A program made the position numbers and the translations under genes. This document shows, one piece after another, positions 20,017 through 28,657 of a stretch of 64,000 nucleotides of DNA (the first letter of the stretch is position 1; each line of letters opens with the position of its first letter). A model generated the notes under the pieces. It was not told the DNA's origin. It did no database searches and worked only from the letters and a program-made list of their open reading frames with translations. The stretch lies in NCBI GenBank assembly GCA_016930485.1, contig JAFGGP010000011.1, forward strand, positions 51,196 through 115,195, in the 5' to 3' direction. The stretch is from Candidatus Omnitrophota bacterium (GTDB lineage: Bacteria; Omnitrophota; Gorgyraeia; JAFGGP01).

Positions 20017-22067
20017 AAACAGTTGCGATTATTCAGGCGAGAATGGGGTCTTCGAGATTGCCGAACAAGGTCCTTATGGAGATCGAAAAAAAGCCCATGC
20101 TGTGGCATATAGTACAACGGGTTTCTTCGGCAAAATTGCTGGACGATGTTGTTATCGCTACCTCGAGGAGCCAGAGAGACAGACCACTTGAAAAGTTTGC
20201 CAGAGAAAATAAGTTCAAGCTGTTTAAGGGGGCAGAGAATAACTGCTTAGATCGATATTACAAGGCTGCCAAGGCATCAAAGGCAGACGCGATTGTACGG
20301 ATAACCGGCGACTGTCCTTTGATCTGCCCCGAAGTCATTGACAAGGTATTATCGGAATATTCGAAAGGCAAGCATGACTATGTGGCAAACACGCTCTTTT
20401 ATACTTACCCAGATGGTTGCGATGTTGAGGTATTTTCATTCAAGGCCCTGGAGAAGGCCTGGAAGGAGTGCAAGGACAGGGTAGGCAAGGAACACGTGAC
20501 CCCTTATCTTAGAAATTCAAGCATGTTTAAGTTAAAAAATGTAGAGAGCGAAACTCCAGTTGATCCAAAGGACTATAAATGGTCGGTAGATAGGCTTGAA
20601 GATCTGAATCTCGTTAGAGAGGTGTATAAACATCTGTATACAAAACAGAGGGACTTTTCAATGAATGCAATTTTCGATCTTGTAAAAAAGCACCCCTATT
20701 TAAAAAAGATCAACTCGGAAACTATCGTGAACGAGGGTTATTATAAAAGCTTTTTGAAGGCCGAGAAAATAAGGCCAAAAAAAATAAGGATTGCACAATC
20801 CCTGGCATTAAAAAAAAGGGCTAGAAGATTAATACCTGGTTGTAGTCAGACATTCAGTAAGGCTCCCTCACAGTTCGTTCAGGGCATCGCTCCGGTATTT
20901 TTGGAAAAGGGCTCAGGCAGCCATGTGTGGGATGTAGATGGGAATGAATATATCGATTATTCAATGGCGCTGGGCCCGATTATTTTAGGATACAATTATC
21001 CGCTGGTTACTAGGGCGGTCAAGGTGATGTTAGAGAAAGGCGTTACTTTTACTCTGCCTCACCGTCTTGAAGGAGAGCTGGCCGAGATGCTCTGCGAGTT
21101 GATACCGTGCGCAGAGATGGTGCGGTACGGAAAAAACGGCTCTGATGTGACCTCTGCCGCGGTGCGGGTCGCGCGGGCATATACGTCTCGCGATAAAATC
21201 GCCTGCTGTGGTTATCACGGCTGGCAGGACTGGTATATTGCCACTACGACGAGAAATAAGGGAATCCCTCAGGCGGTCAAGGATCTGACGCTCACCTTTA
21301 ACTATAACGATATAGAGAGTCTAAAAAAACTGTTTACCGAAAACAAAAATCAGATTGCCTGTGTCATTATGGAGCCGGTCGGGGTTGTTGAGCCGAAGGA
21401 TAATTTTTTGGAGAAGGTAAAAGAGCTCACCCATAAAAACGGCGCACTCTTGATATTTGATGAGGTCGTTACAGGTTTCCGGTTTTCACTGGGTGGAGCT
21501 CAAACGCTTTTCGGCGTTGTTCCTGACCTTGCCTGTTTTGGCAAGGCGATGGGAAACGGTTTTCCGATATCAACTGTTGTAGGCAGAAGAAAAATCCTCA
21601 AATTATTTGAGGAGGTATTTTTCTCTTTTACCTTTGGAGGAGAGATTCTTTCCATCGCTGCCTCAATCGTGACGATTAAAGAGCTTAAGAAAAAGAATGT
21701 TATTCAATATTTATGGAAACAGGGCAGAAAACTTAAAGACGGATACAACGTCTTAGTTAAGGCCCACCAACTTGAACGATATACCGAGTGTACAGGCTTT
21801 TCGCCGAGGACTATCATTATGTTCAGAAATAGAGAGGGGGCGACAGATCTTTTACTCAAGAGCCTTTTTCAGCAGGAGTGCATAAAGCGAGGTATCTTAT
21901 TTACCGGAGGACAGAATATGTGTTTTAGTCACTCCGACAGTGATATCGAACGTACGTTACGGGTATATAATTCTGTATTAGAAATTGTTAAAAGAGCTAT
22001 TAAACAAGATAAAGTAAGAAAGCTTATCAAAGGTGAAATAGTTAAGCCAATATTTAGAAAAGCATAA
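20013..22067 (+). CDS. Bifunctional protein: N-terminal PseF/SpsF-like nonulosonate cytidylyltransferase fused to a class-III (GSA-aminomutase-like) PLP aminotransferase
   Basis: N-terminal domain: MKTVAIIQARMGSSRLPNKVL...ITGDCPL, the cytidylyltransferase (CTP_transf_3) pattern. C-terminal domain: VRYGKNGSDVTSAAVRVARAYT...FDEVVTGFRF...CFGKAMGNGFPIS, the class-III aminotransferase pattern. One continuous 684-aa ORF. Confidence 0.7.
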   Translation: MKTVAIIQARMGSSRLPNKVLMEIEKKPMLWHIVQRVSSAKLLDDVVIATSRSQRDRPLEKFARENKFKLFKGAENNCLDRYYKAAKASKADAIVRITGDCPLICPEVIDKVLSEYSKGKHDYVANTLFYTYPDGCDVEVFSFKALEKAWKECKDRVGKEHVTPYLRNSSMFKLKNVESETPVDPKDYKWSVDRLEDLNLVREVYKHLYTKQRDFSMNAIFDLVKKHPYLKKINSETIVNEGYYKSFLKAEKIRPKKIRIAQSLALKKRARRLIPGCSQTFSKAPSQFVQGIAPVFLEKGSGSHVWDVDGNEYIDYSMALGPIILGYNYPLVTRAVKVMLEKGVTFTLPHRLEGELAEMLCELIPCAEMVRYGKNGSDVTSAAVRVARAYTSRDKIACCGYHGWQDWYIATTTRNKGIPQAVKDLTLTFNYNDIESLKKLFTENKNQIACVIMEPVGVVEPKDNFLEKVKELTHKNGALLIFDEVVTGFRFSLGGAQTLFGVVPDLACFGKAMGNGFPISTVVGRRKILKLFEEVFFSFTFGGEILSIAASIVTIKELKKKNVIQYLWKQGRKLKDGYNVLVKAHQLERYTECTGFSPRTIIMFRNREGATDLLLKSLFQQECIKRGILFTGGQNMCFSHSDSDIERTLRVYNSVLEIVKRAIKQDKVRKLIKGEIVKPIFRKA

Positions 22068-22628
22068 ATGAACTTCTTGTCTGATGTAAAGAACCAGGAA
22101 AGCACCGCGCATATCAAGGGCGAAAGAATATACCTGCGCGAAATCAACGTTTCTGACGTGAATGAACGTTATCTCGGCTGGATGAATGATTCGGAGGTCA
22201 CGCGGCATTTGCTGTGTGATGCTGAAAAATGGACGTTAGGAAAACTTAAAAAGTATGTAAAAAAGATGAAAAAGGATCCCAACTCTATATTTTTTGGGAT
22301 ATTTCTTAATGCGAATGAAACACATATAGGGAATTTAAAAATCGGTTCGATAGACTACAGGAACAACTTTGCGGATATAGGCCTACTTATTGGGGAAAGA
22401 ACAATGTGGGGCCAAGGATATGCTTCCGAGGCGATAAGATTAGCGGTCGATTTTTCCTTTAATACACTAAATCTTCATAAGTTGACTGCTAGTGTGCTTT
22501 CAATCAATATAGGTTCTGTAAGGGTTTTTCAAAAGTGCGGCTTCTCTATCGAGGGCAAAAGAGAAAAACAGTATTTTTATGATGGGGATTATCAGGATAG
22601 TATTTTATTCGGAATTATCAAAAAATGA
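22068..22628 (+). CDS. GNAT N-acetyltransferase (candidate PseH)
   Basis: 186 aa. Acetyl-CoA binding motif QGYASEAIRLAVDFSF and a RimL/PseH-like size. Positioned between the cytidylyltransferase fusion and pseG. Confidence 0.55.
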   Translation: MNFLSDVKNQESTAHIKGERIYLREINVSDVNERYLGWMNDSEVTRHLLCDAEKWTLGKLKKYVKKMKKDPNSIFFGIFLNANETHIGNLKIGSIDYRNNFADIGLLIGERTMWGQGYASEAIRLAVDFSFNTLNLHKLTASVLSINIGSVRVFQKCGFSIEGKREKQYFYDGDYQDSILFGIIKK

Positions 22629-23671
22629 AAATTGCCATACTGACTGAAGGCGGCAAAAATATCGGTTTTGGTCATATCACGCGCTGTGTGGCCCTCCTAG
22701 AGGGGTTGAAAAAGGCCGCCGGCCGGAGAGTCGCGGGCATGTTCGTGATTAATAATGACAGGAGGGCCGTGCGCTTCCTCGAAAGTCAGGGGGTGAGGCT
22801 GACGGCATTCGACTGGATTGAAAAAAGAAAAAAGACGGCCGGCATCCTGAAAGGGGCGGACCTCGTTATCATAGATTCTTATTTTGCCCCCCCGTCATTC
22901 TATTCGTTTCTTTCGCATAAGACAAAAGACACACACCCCTTTGTGGTGGCAATCGATGATTATAAACGCATTGAGTACGACGCTGATCTGGTTATCAATC
23001 CCTCGATATATGGCGATGCCCTCTCGTATGCGCCGGGCAGGGAACACAGAGCCGGTCGCCGCCCTGAATATTTACTGGGAAGGAGTTATATTATCGTACG
23101 CAGGGAGTTCTGGAATGTCCCGAGAAAAAAAATCAATAAAAAGATCCGGAACGTGCTGGTTTCTTTCGGTGGGAAGGACTACGATCCGTTTACCGAGGCT
23201 GTTTTTACATTTTTGGAGACGGAGTTTCCTCATCTTGCCTATGACGTTGTAGCCCCGTCCCGGCCGGCCGGTCTTTCCCGGTCTCGATTCAGGTTTTATT
23301 CCAATGTCTCCGCCGCGAAGATGCGTTCTCTCATGTTGAAGGCGGACCTGTGTATTTCTGCCGGCGGGCAGACCCTGCACGAGCTGGCGCGGTGCGGCGT
23401 TCCGGCCGCGTCGATTTGCTTTGCCGATAATCAGGTGAAGAATCTTAAGGGGTGGGAGAAGATCGGTTTTGCAAAGTATGTTGGCTGGTATGACGACCGA
23501 AATGTTTTTGCCAGATTAGGGAGGGCAGTCTGCGCGCTCTCGCCTTATAAGGAGAGGCTGCTCCGGAGCAGGATAGGAAGACGGATCGCAGCCAAAGGGG
23601 TAGAGAGGATAAGCAGGGTTTTACTGACCAAGACAGCACTCAAACAAAAGGAGACGGCACATGAGTCGTGA
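22625..23671 (+). CDS. pseG: UDP-2,4-diacetamido-2,4,6-trideoxy-beta-L-altropyranose hydrolase, PseG (GT28-like fold)
   Basis: MKIAILTEGGKNIGFGHITRCVALLEGL N-terminus is the PseG hallmark. C-terminal half (ISAGGQTLHELARCGVPAAS) is MurG/GT28-like. Confidence 0.7.
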   Translation: MKIAILTEGGKNIGFGHITRCVALLEGLKKAAGRRVAGMFVINNDRRAVRFLESQGVRLTAFDWIEKRKKTAGILKGADLVIIDSYFAPPSFYSFLSHKTKDTHPFVVAIDDYKRIEYDADLVINPSIYGDALSYAPGREHRAGRRPEYLLGRSYIIVRREFWNVPRKKINKKIRNVLVSFGGKDYDPFTEAVFTFLETEFPHLAYDVVAPSRPAGLSRSRFRFYSNVSAAKMRSLMLKADLCISAGGQTLHELARCGVPAASICFADNQVKNLKGWEKIGFAKYVGWYDDRNVFARLGRAVCALSPYKERLLRSRIGRRIAAKGVERISRVLLTKTALKQKETAHES

Positions 23672-24704
23672 TGGGCATGTTACTTTCAACAAGTGCTTTA
23701 TCATTGCCGAGGCAGGCAGCAATCACAATGGTTCGCTCGACCAGGCAAAACGGCTGGTAGACGTTGCAAAGGATGCGGGTGCCGATGCCGTGAAGTTTCA
23801 GCTCTTTCGCGCCAAGACCCTTTACCCCAATAAACACATAAAAGTCAAGTATTTGAAGGACATGGGGATTCGCGAGGGGTTATTCGAGATTATCAGGAAA
23901 TTCGAAATGCCCTATACCTGGGTGAAGGAACTGTATAGTTACACAAAAAAGAACGATATTATGTTCATGACCACCCCTTTTGATGCCAAGGCGGTGGAGG
24001 TTCTCAATCCTTACGTGGATATATTTAAAATTGCTTCGTACGAATCGTTGTTTTTGGACCTGATCTGTGCGGTCAAACAAACCAAAAAACCTCTTTTTAT
24101 ATCTACGGGCGGATGCACCGAGGAAGAGGTTGATTTGCTGATGAAGGGGGCCCTGTACGATTATCTTGATAAGACGACACTCCTGCACTGTATCGCGAAG
24201 TATCCGGCTCCGCTTGATCAGCTGCAGCTGCAGGTGATACCGCACTTCTCCAGAAAGTATGGTGTAACCGTCGGATATTCCGACCATTCGGAGGACCCGA
24301 TCATTGCGCCGGTGTGCGCGGTTGCGCTGGGCGCAAAGGTAATCGAGAAACACTTTACGCTGAGTAAGCAATTGCCCGGCCCGGACCACGCCTTTGCGGT
24401 CGAACCGGATGAATTACAGGCGATGGTGAAGGCCGTGCGCATGACAGAGAAGACGGTTGCGGGAAGCGGTAAAAGAACCCTGCAGCCCTGCGAGAAAGAA
24501 CTCTATTACTATAAACGCTGCCTTTACAGCAGGAGAGATTTATCGAAAGGACACAGGATCAGAAAGAGCGATGTGACGGTACTGAGAAATGTAGGGCTTA
24601 AGTGCGATTATTTTAATCCTATAGAGATCGACGACCTTATCGGCAGGACATTAAAAGGCGATAAAAGGGCCAATGATATTATAACAAAGGAAGATGTGAC
24701 ATGA
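23661..24704 (+). CDS. pseI: Pseudaminic acid synthase PseI (NeuB family, C-terminal SAF domain)
   Basis: FIIAEAGSNHNGSLDQAKRLVDVAKDAGADAVKFQ NeuB TIM-barrel motif and a C-terminal SAF/antifreeze-like domain. Confidence 0.8.
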   Translation: MSRDGHVTFNKCFIIAEAGSNHNGSLDQAKRLVDVAKDAGADAVKFQLFRAKTLYPNKHIKVKYLKDMGIREGLFEIIRKFEMPYTWVKELYSYTKKNDIMFMTTPFDAKAVEVLNPYVDIFKIASYESLFLDLICAVKQTKKPLFISTGGCTEEEVDLLMKGALYDYLDKTTLLHCIAKYPAPLDQLQLQVIPHFSRKYGVTVGYSDHSEDPIIAPVCAVALGAKVIEKHFTLSKQLPGPDHAFAVEPDELQAMVKAVRMTEKTVAGSGKRTLQPCEKELYYYKRCLYSRRDLSKGHRIRKSDVTVLRNVGLKCDYFNPIEIDDLIGRTLKGDKRANDIITKEDVT

Positions 24705-25564
24705 GCACCGAATGCACAGGAAAACTCATCTTAGAAAGAGCCGACAGAAGGCTTATAGACTGCAAAAAGTGCGGGTATATGCATATATTTCCTATGTACA
24801 CGGAAGAGGAATTGGAACATTTTTATGAGAATGTGTACTCCGAGAGTACGCCGAGTTACATCTGGTATGAAAAATTTCACAATATCCAGCGGTGGAAGCC
24901 GCAGGGTACGGTTCTTGATATCGGATGCTGGGAAGGCGCCCAGCTTGAGATTTTTAAGGAACACGGCTGGAAGTGTACCGGTATAGAACTAAATAAAAAA
25001 GCAGCGGCCACGGCAACTACAAGGGGGCTGGAGGTTCACCAGCTTTCTATTCAAGAATTTTTTAAGAAGTTTCGCGGGGCCAGAAGATGGGACGTTATTA
25101 ATGTTGCCTATATTTTGGAACACATTCCAAAACCGGCTGATTTTCTGAAAAAAATAGGCGCCTTTTTGAAAAAGGGCGGTTTTATCATCGTAGAGGTCCC
25201 TAACGAATTCAGTCCTTTCCAGATAGCCTATCTGAAGGAACACAGCATGTCCCCATATTGGATAAAGTTACCCGACCACGTTAACTACTTTAATAAAAGA
25301 GGCCTCGAGAACCTCATGAAGTCGACAGGCTGGAAAAAGATTCACGGCCACACCTCCTTTCCGATGGAGATGTTTCTCTTGATGGGGGATAACTATCTGA
25401 AGGACAACAAACTCGGAAGGCGCAGCTTTCGCAAAGTTGTCGAGATGGAGAGGATCCTGAGGCTTTACAAGACGGGACTGGTCTCGCGGATGTATTCTGC
25501 GCTCTATCACTGCGGGATAGGCAGAAGCCTTGTCATCTACGCGCAAAAGAAAAAAATGAGATGA
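24701..25564 (+). CDS. Class-I SAM-dependent methyltransferase with an N-terminal C4 zinc-ribbon
   Basis: N-terminal ...CKKCGYMH plus an upstream Cys. SAM-binding motif I (VLDIGCWEGAQL) and motif II (WDVINVAYILEHI). Confidence 0.65.
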   Translation: MSTECTGKLILERADRRLIDCKKCGYMHIFPMYTEEELEHFYENVYSESTPSYIWYEKFHNIQRWKPQGTVLDIGCWEGAQLEIFKEHGWKCTGIELNKKAAATATTRGLEVHQLSIQEFFKKFRGARRWDVINVAYILEHIPKPADFLKKIGAFLKKGGFIIVEVPNEFSPFQIAYLKEHSMSPYWIKLPDHVNYFNKRGLENLMKSTGWKKIHGHTSFPMEMFLLMGDNYLKDNKLGRRSFRKVVEMERILRLYKTGLVSRMYSALYHCGIGRSLVIYAQKKKMR

Positions 25565-26316
25565 GAATAGCCGTATTTGCCGATGTACACGGCAACATGT
25601 ATGCCTTTGAGAAGATTCTGGAGGCCCTGAAAAAAGAGAGGGCCGATCTTCATATCTTCTGCGGCGATATCTGCGGGTACTATTACCAGCAGGACGAGGT
25701 CATTCAGGCGCTTCGCCAGATGCGTAATCTGGTAAGTGTCGTAGGGAATCACGATGAGATATTTCTCAGGATGCTGGAGGATACACGTCTTGAGGAAGAG
25801 TATACAAAGCAGTACGGCAGGTCATGCTCACTCTTTAAAGAAAGCGCCGCGTTAGAAAGTGTAACATTTTTAAAGGAGTTACCGAAAAAGTATATCATTG
25901 AAGAATATGCCGTAGCCGTTTTTCACGGCAGCCCCTGGGATTACTGTAATGAGTATGTGTATCCCGATGGCGCTCTAGACAGGTTTCGTGAGCTGCCTTA
26001 TCGGTTTGTTCTGCTTGGCCACACGCATTATCCGATGGACAGAATTGCCGGCGGTGTAAGGATTATTAACCCCGGCTCATGCGGCCAGCCGAGGGATATG
26101 CATATACCCAGTTACGCGGTCCTGGATATTGACAGCGGAGAAGTTATATCCAGGCGCGTTCCGTATAATACCGAGTATTTGAAAAATGACGTCAGAAGAT
26201 ACAAAGAAGACAATCTCTATTTAGAGGAGATTTTGACAAGAGGGGAAGGGTGTTATGAGCAGGCGAACTGTACTAGTCACCGGAATCGGCGGGGATATCG
26301 GCCAGAGCGTACTTAA
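25561..26316 (+). CDS. Calcineurin-like metallophosphoesterase (YfcE/MJ0936-like)
   Basis: MRIAVFADVHGN, GDICG, GNHDE and GHTHYP metal-ligand motifs. Confidence 0.6.
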   Translation: MRIAVFADVHGNMYAFEKILEALKKERADLHIFCGDICGYYYQQDEVIQALRQMRNLVSVVGNHDEIFLRMLEDTRLEEEYTKQYGRSCSLFKESAALESVTFLKELPKKYIIEEYAVAVFHGSPWDYCNEYVYPDGALDRFRELPYRFVLLGHTHYPMDRIAGGVRIINPGSCGQPRDMHIPSYAVLDIDSGEVISRRVPYNTEYLKNDVRRYKEDNLYLEEILTRGEGCYEQANCTSHRNRRGYRPERT

Positions 26317-27241
26317 GTGTCTCAGAGAGATTCCCTATGATTTCCTCCTGGCAGGCTGTGATATCGATGCCTTTGCGGGAGGTAGGACGCTGGTCGACGC
26401 CTTTTACCATGCCCCGAAGGCCTCCGAAGCGGAAGGATATCTCGCGTTTATCAAGACTATACTGGCAAAGGAAGAGGTAAAGTATATATTTCCCGTGACC
26501 GAGATCGAGATAGATTTTTTCGATAAGCACAGGGCGTATTTTGAAAAGGACGTTACCGTTTTTATAAACACAGGCGATATCAATGAGATTTTTTTCGACA
26601 AGTATGAGACGGCGAAGTTCCTCGGCAAACACAACATTGCCTATCCGGCAACGTATTTGCTCGGGGATTACAATGATGAGTTAAGCCTACCCGTTATTGT
26701 GAAATCACGCAGGGGCTGTGGCGGCAGAGGAATGCTGATAGTGTGCGACCGTGACGAGCTTATGTTTCTAAAGAGCAAGATGAAAGATGGCATCGTACAG
26801 GAATTGGTCGGGGCCGAGGACGATGAGTATACGGTGAGCATCTTTTCCGGGGGAGGAAAAACGTATTCTATCGCCTTTCGGAGGACCCTTGGCTATGACG
26901 GACTCAGCAAGGTTGCCCGGCTGACGACAGATAACAGGATAACAGCGCTCGTTGACAGTATCGTGGAGGCGACGTCGCTCGAAGGGGTCCTGAACGTTCA
27001 GTGCAGAAAAAGGAATGCTGAGTACGTGCCCTTCGAAATCAATCCCCGGCTCTCAAGCACCGTCTACACCCGCCACTATTTTGGTTTTCAGGATGTGAAG
27101 TGGTGGATGGATACTGCCGAAGGAAAAGAAGTTGTCTATGTGCCGAAGTTCAAAGATGGCGTCGCGGTGAGGACTATCAGTGAGGTCTTTTTTGATCTTG
27201 AGTCCGCAGACAGCCCGGACAATATACGCACATTGCGATAA
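26255..27241 (+). CDS. ATP-grasp family ligase
   Basis: Pre-ATP-grasp Rossmann N-domain, then VIVKSRRGCGGRGMLIV and E..Y/N.. ATP-grasp motifs. About 330 aa, like PylC/RimK-type amide ligases. Confidence 0.55.
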   Translation: MSRRTVLVTGIGGDIGQSVLKCLREIPYDFLLAGCDIDAFAGGRTLVDAFYHAPKASEAEGYLAFIKTILAKEEVKYIFPVTEIEIDFFDKHRAYFEKDVTVFINTGDINEIFFDKYETAKFLGKHNIAYPATYLLGDYNDELSLPVIVKSRRGCGGRGMLIVCDRDELMFLKSKMKDGIVQELVGAEDDEYTVSIFSGGGKTYSIAFRRTLGYDGLSKVARLTTDNRITALVDSIVEATSLEGVLNVQCRKRNAEYVPFEINPRLSSTVYTRHYFGFQDVKWWMDTAEGKEVVYVPKFKDGVAVRTISEVFFDLESADSPDNIRTLR

Positions 27242-27250
27242 AAGGAACAA

Positions 27251-27955
27251 ATGAGCCGCCCGGATAAGAAAAGATATATTATTGCCGCCAGCAAATCCTG
27301 GAATATAGAGGCAGCCAGATCCTTTATTGCCGATAGCCCCGACTTACAGATAAAGCTTATAACAGACAAAAAGGCGCTTACCTACGGGGAGATAAAGAAC
27401 TTCAATCCCCGCTACGTCTTTTTCCTGCATTGGTCGTGGCTGATACCTCAGGCGATTCACCGGAACTACGACTGCGTCGTTTTTCATATGACTGATTTAC
27501 CTTTTGGCAGGGGCGGTAGCCCTCTCCAGAATTTGATAGAGAGAGGGATATATAAAACGAAGATTGCGGCCATAAAGGCGGTCCGGGAGCTGGACGCGGG
27601 AGATATCCTGCTTAAGAAGAGCCTGACTCTGGAGGGGTCTGCTGACGAGATATTCAGGCGCGCGACAAAAATTATCTTTACATCCATGATTCCCCGAATC
27701 ATCAAAGACGAGCCGGTTCCTGTTCCTCAGAAGGGGAAGGTGGTTCGTTTTAAAAGGCGTCTTCCCGAGCAGGGCACTATAGCCCGGTTGAGCAGTCTAA
27801 CAAAGGTCTATGATTACATAAGGATGCTGGACGCAGAGGGGTATCCGCCCGCCTTTATGGAGGTGTCCGGATTAAGGTTGGAATTTTTTGATGCACAGAA
27901 GAAAAAGGACTATATTACGGCAAAGGTCAGGCTGAGGATAAAAGATGAAACATAA
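27251..27955 (+). CDS. Formyltransferase-family protein (Fmt/PurN fold)
   Basis: HMTDLPFGRGGSPLQ matches the H-x-S/T-x-LP-x-x-RG-x-x-P-x-Q formyltransferase catalytic loop. Confidence 0.6.
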   Translation: MSRPDKKRYIIAASKSWNIEAARSFIADSPDLQIKLITDKKALTYGEIKNFNPRYVFFLHWSWLIPQAIHRNYDCVVFHMTDLPFGRGGSPLQNLIERGIYKTKIAAIKAVRELDAGDILLKKSLTLEGSADEIFRRATKIIFTSMIPRIIKDEPVPVPQKGKVVRFKRRLPEQGTIARLSSLTKVYDYIRMLDAEGYPPAFMEVSGLRLEFFDAQKKKDYITAKVRLRIKDET

Positions 27956-28625
27956 CATTTTGATTGTAGCCGCTCATCCGGACGATGAGATTCTCGGGTG
28001 CGGGGGTACGGTTGCGCGCTTGATTAAAGAAGGGCATGCAGCGTATACGTTACTGTTGGGCGAGGGGGTAACCTCGCGAGATGAGGAGCGCGACCCGAAA
28101 AAACGGGGAAAAGAGATTAACAGCCTGAGAAACCAGGCCCAGCAGGCTAACGCTGCCCTCGGGGTAAAAGAAGTTTTTATACATAGCTTTCCGGATAACA
28201 GATTTGATACGGTGCCGCTTTTGGATATTGTCAAGGTTATAGAAAAGACAAAAGAGAAAGTAAAACCTGCCCTTGTCTTTACTCATTATGCGAATGACCT
28301 CAATATCGATCACCGCATTACCTGTGCCGCAGTTCTCACCGCTACCAGACCCGTGTTGGATGAGACAGTAAAAGAAATCTACTCGTTTGAGGTACCTTCT
28401 TCTACAGAGTGGAACTATCCCTTGAGTTTTTCCCCGAATGTATATTTTGATATCTCACAGACGATAGATGTGAAGTTGCAGGCAATAAAGCAGTACGTTT
28501 CAGAGATCAAAGAGCCACCCCACCCCAGGTCTCAGGAAGGCGTAGAGCTCAATGCAAGGATGTGGGGGATGAAGGTGGGACTTGGGTATGCCGAGGCCTT
28601 TACATGCGTGAGGCGCCTGGCGTAG
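27945..28625 (+). CDS. PIG-L/LmbE-family N-deacetylase
   Basis: ILIVAAHPDDEILGCGGTVARL zinc-binding signature of LmbE/PIG-L deacetylases. Confidence 0.75.
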   Translation: MKHNILIVAAHPDDEILGCGGTVARLIKEGHAAYTLLLGEGVTSRDEERDPKKRGKEINSLRNQAQQANAALGVKEVFIHSFPDNRFDTVPLLDIVKVIEKTKEKVKPALVFTHYANDLNIDHRITCAAVLTATRPVLDETVKEIYSFEVPSSTEWNYPLSFSPNVYFDISQTIDVKLQAIKQYVSEIKEPPHPRSQEGVELNARMWGMKVGLGYAEAFTCVRRLA

Positions 28626-28657
28626 GCGTGACGGAGCGGTCAAAAAAGAGGTATTAG

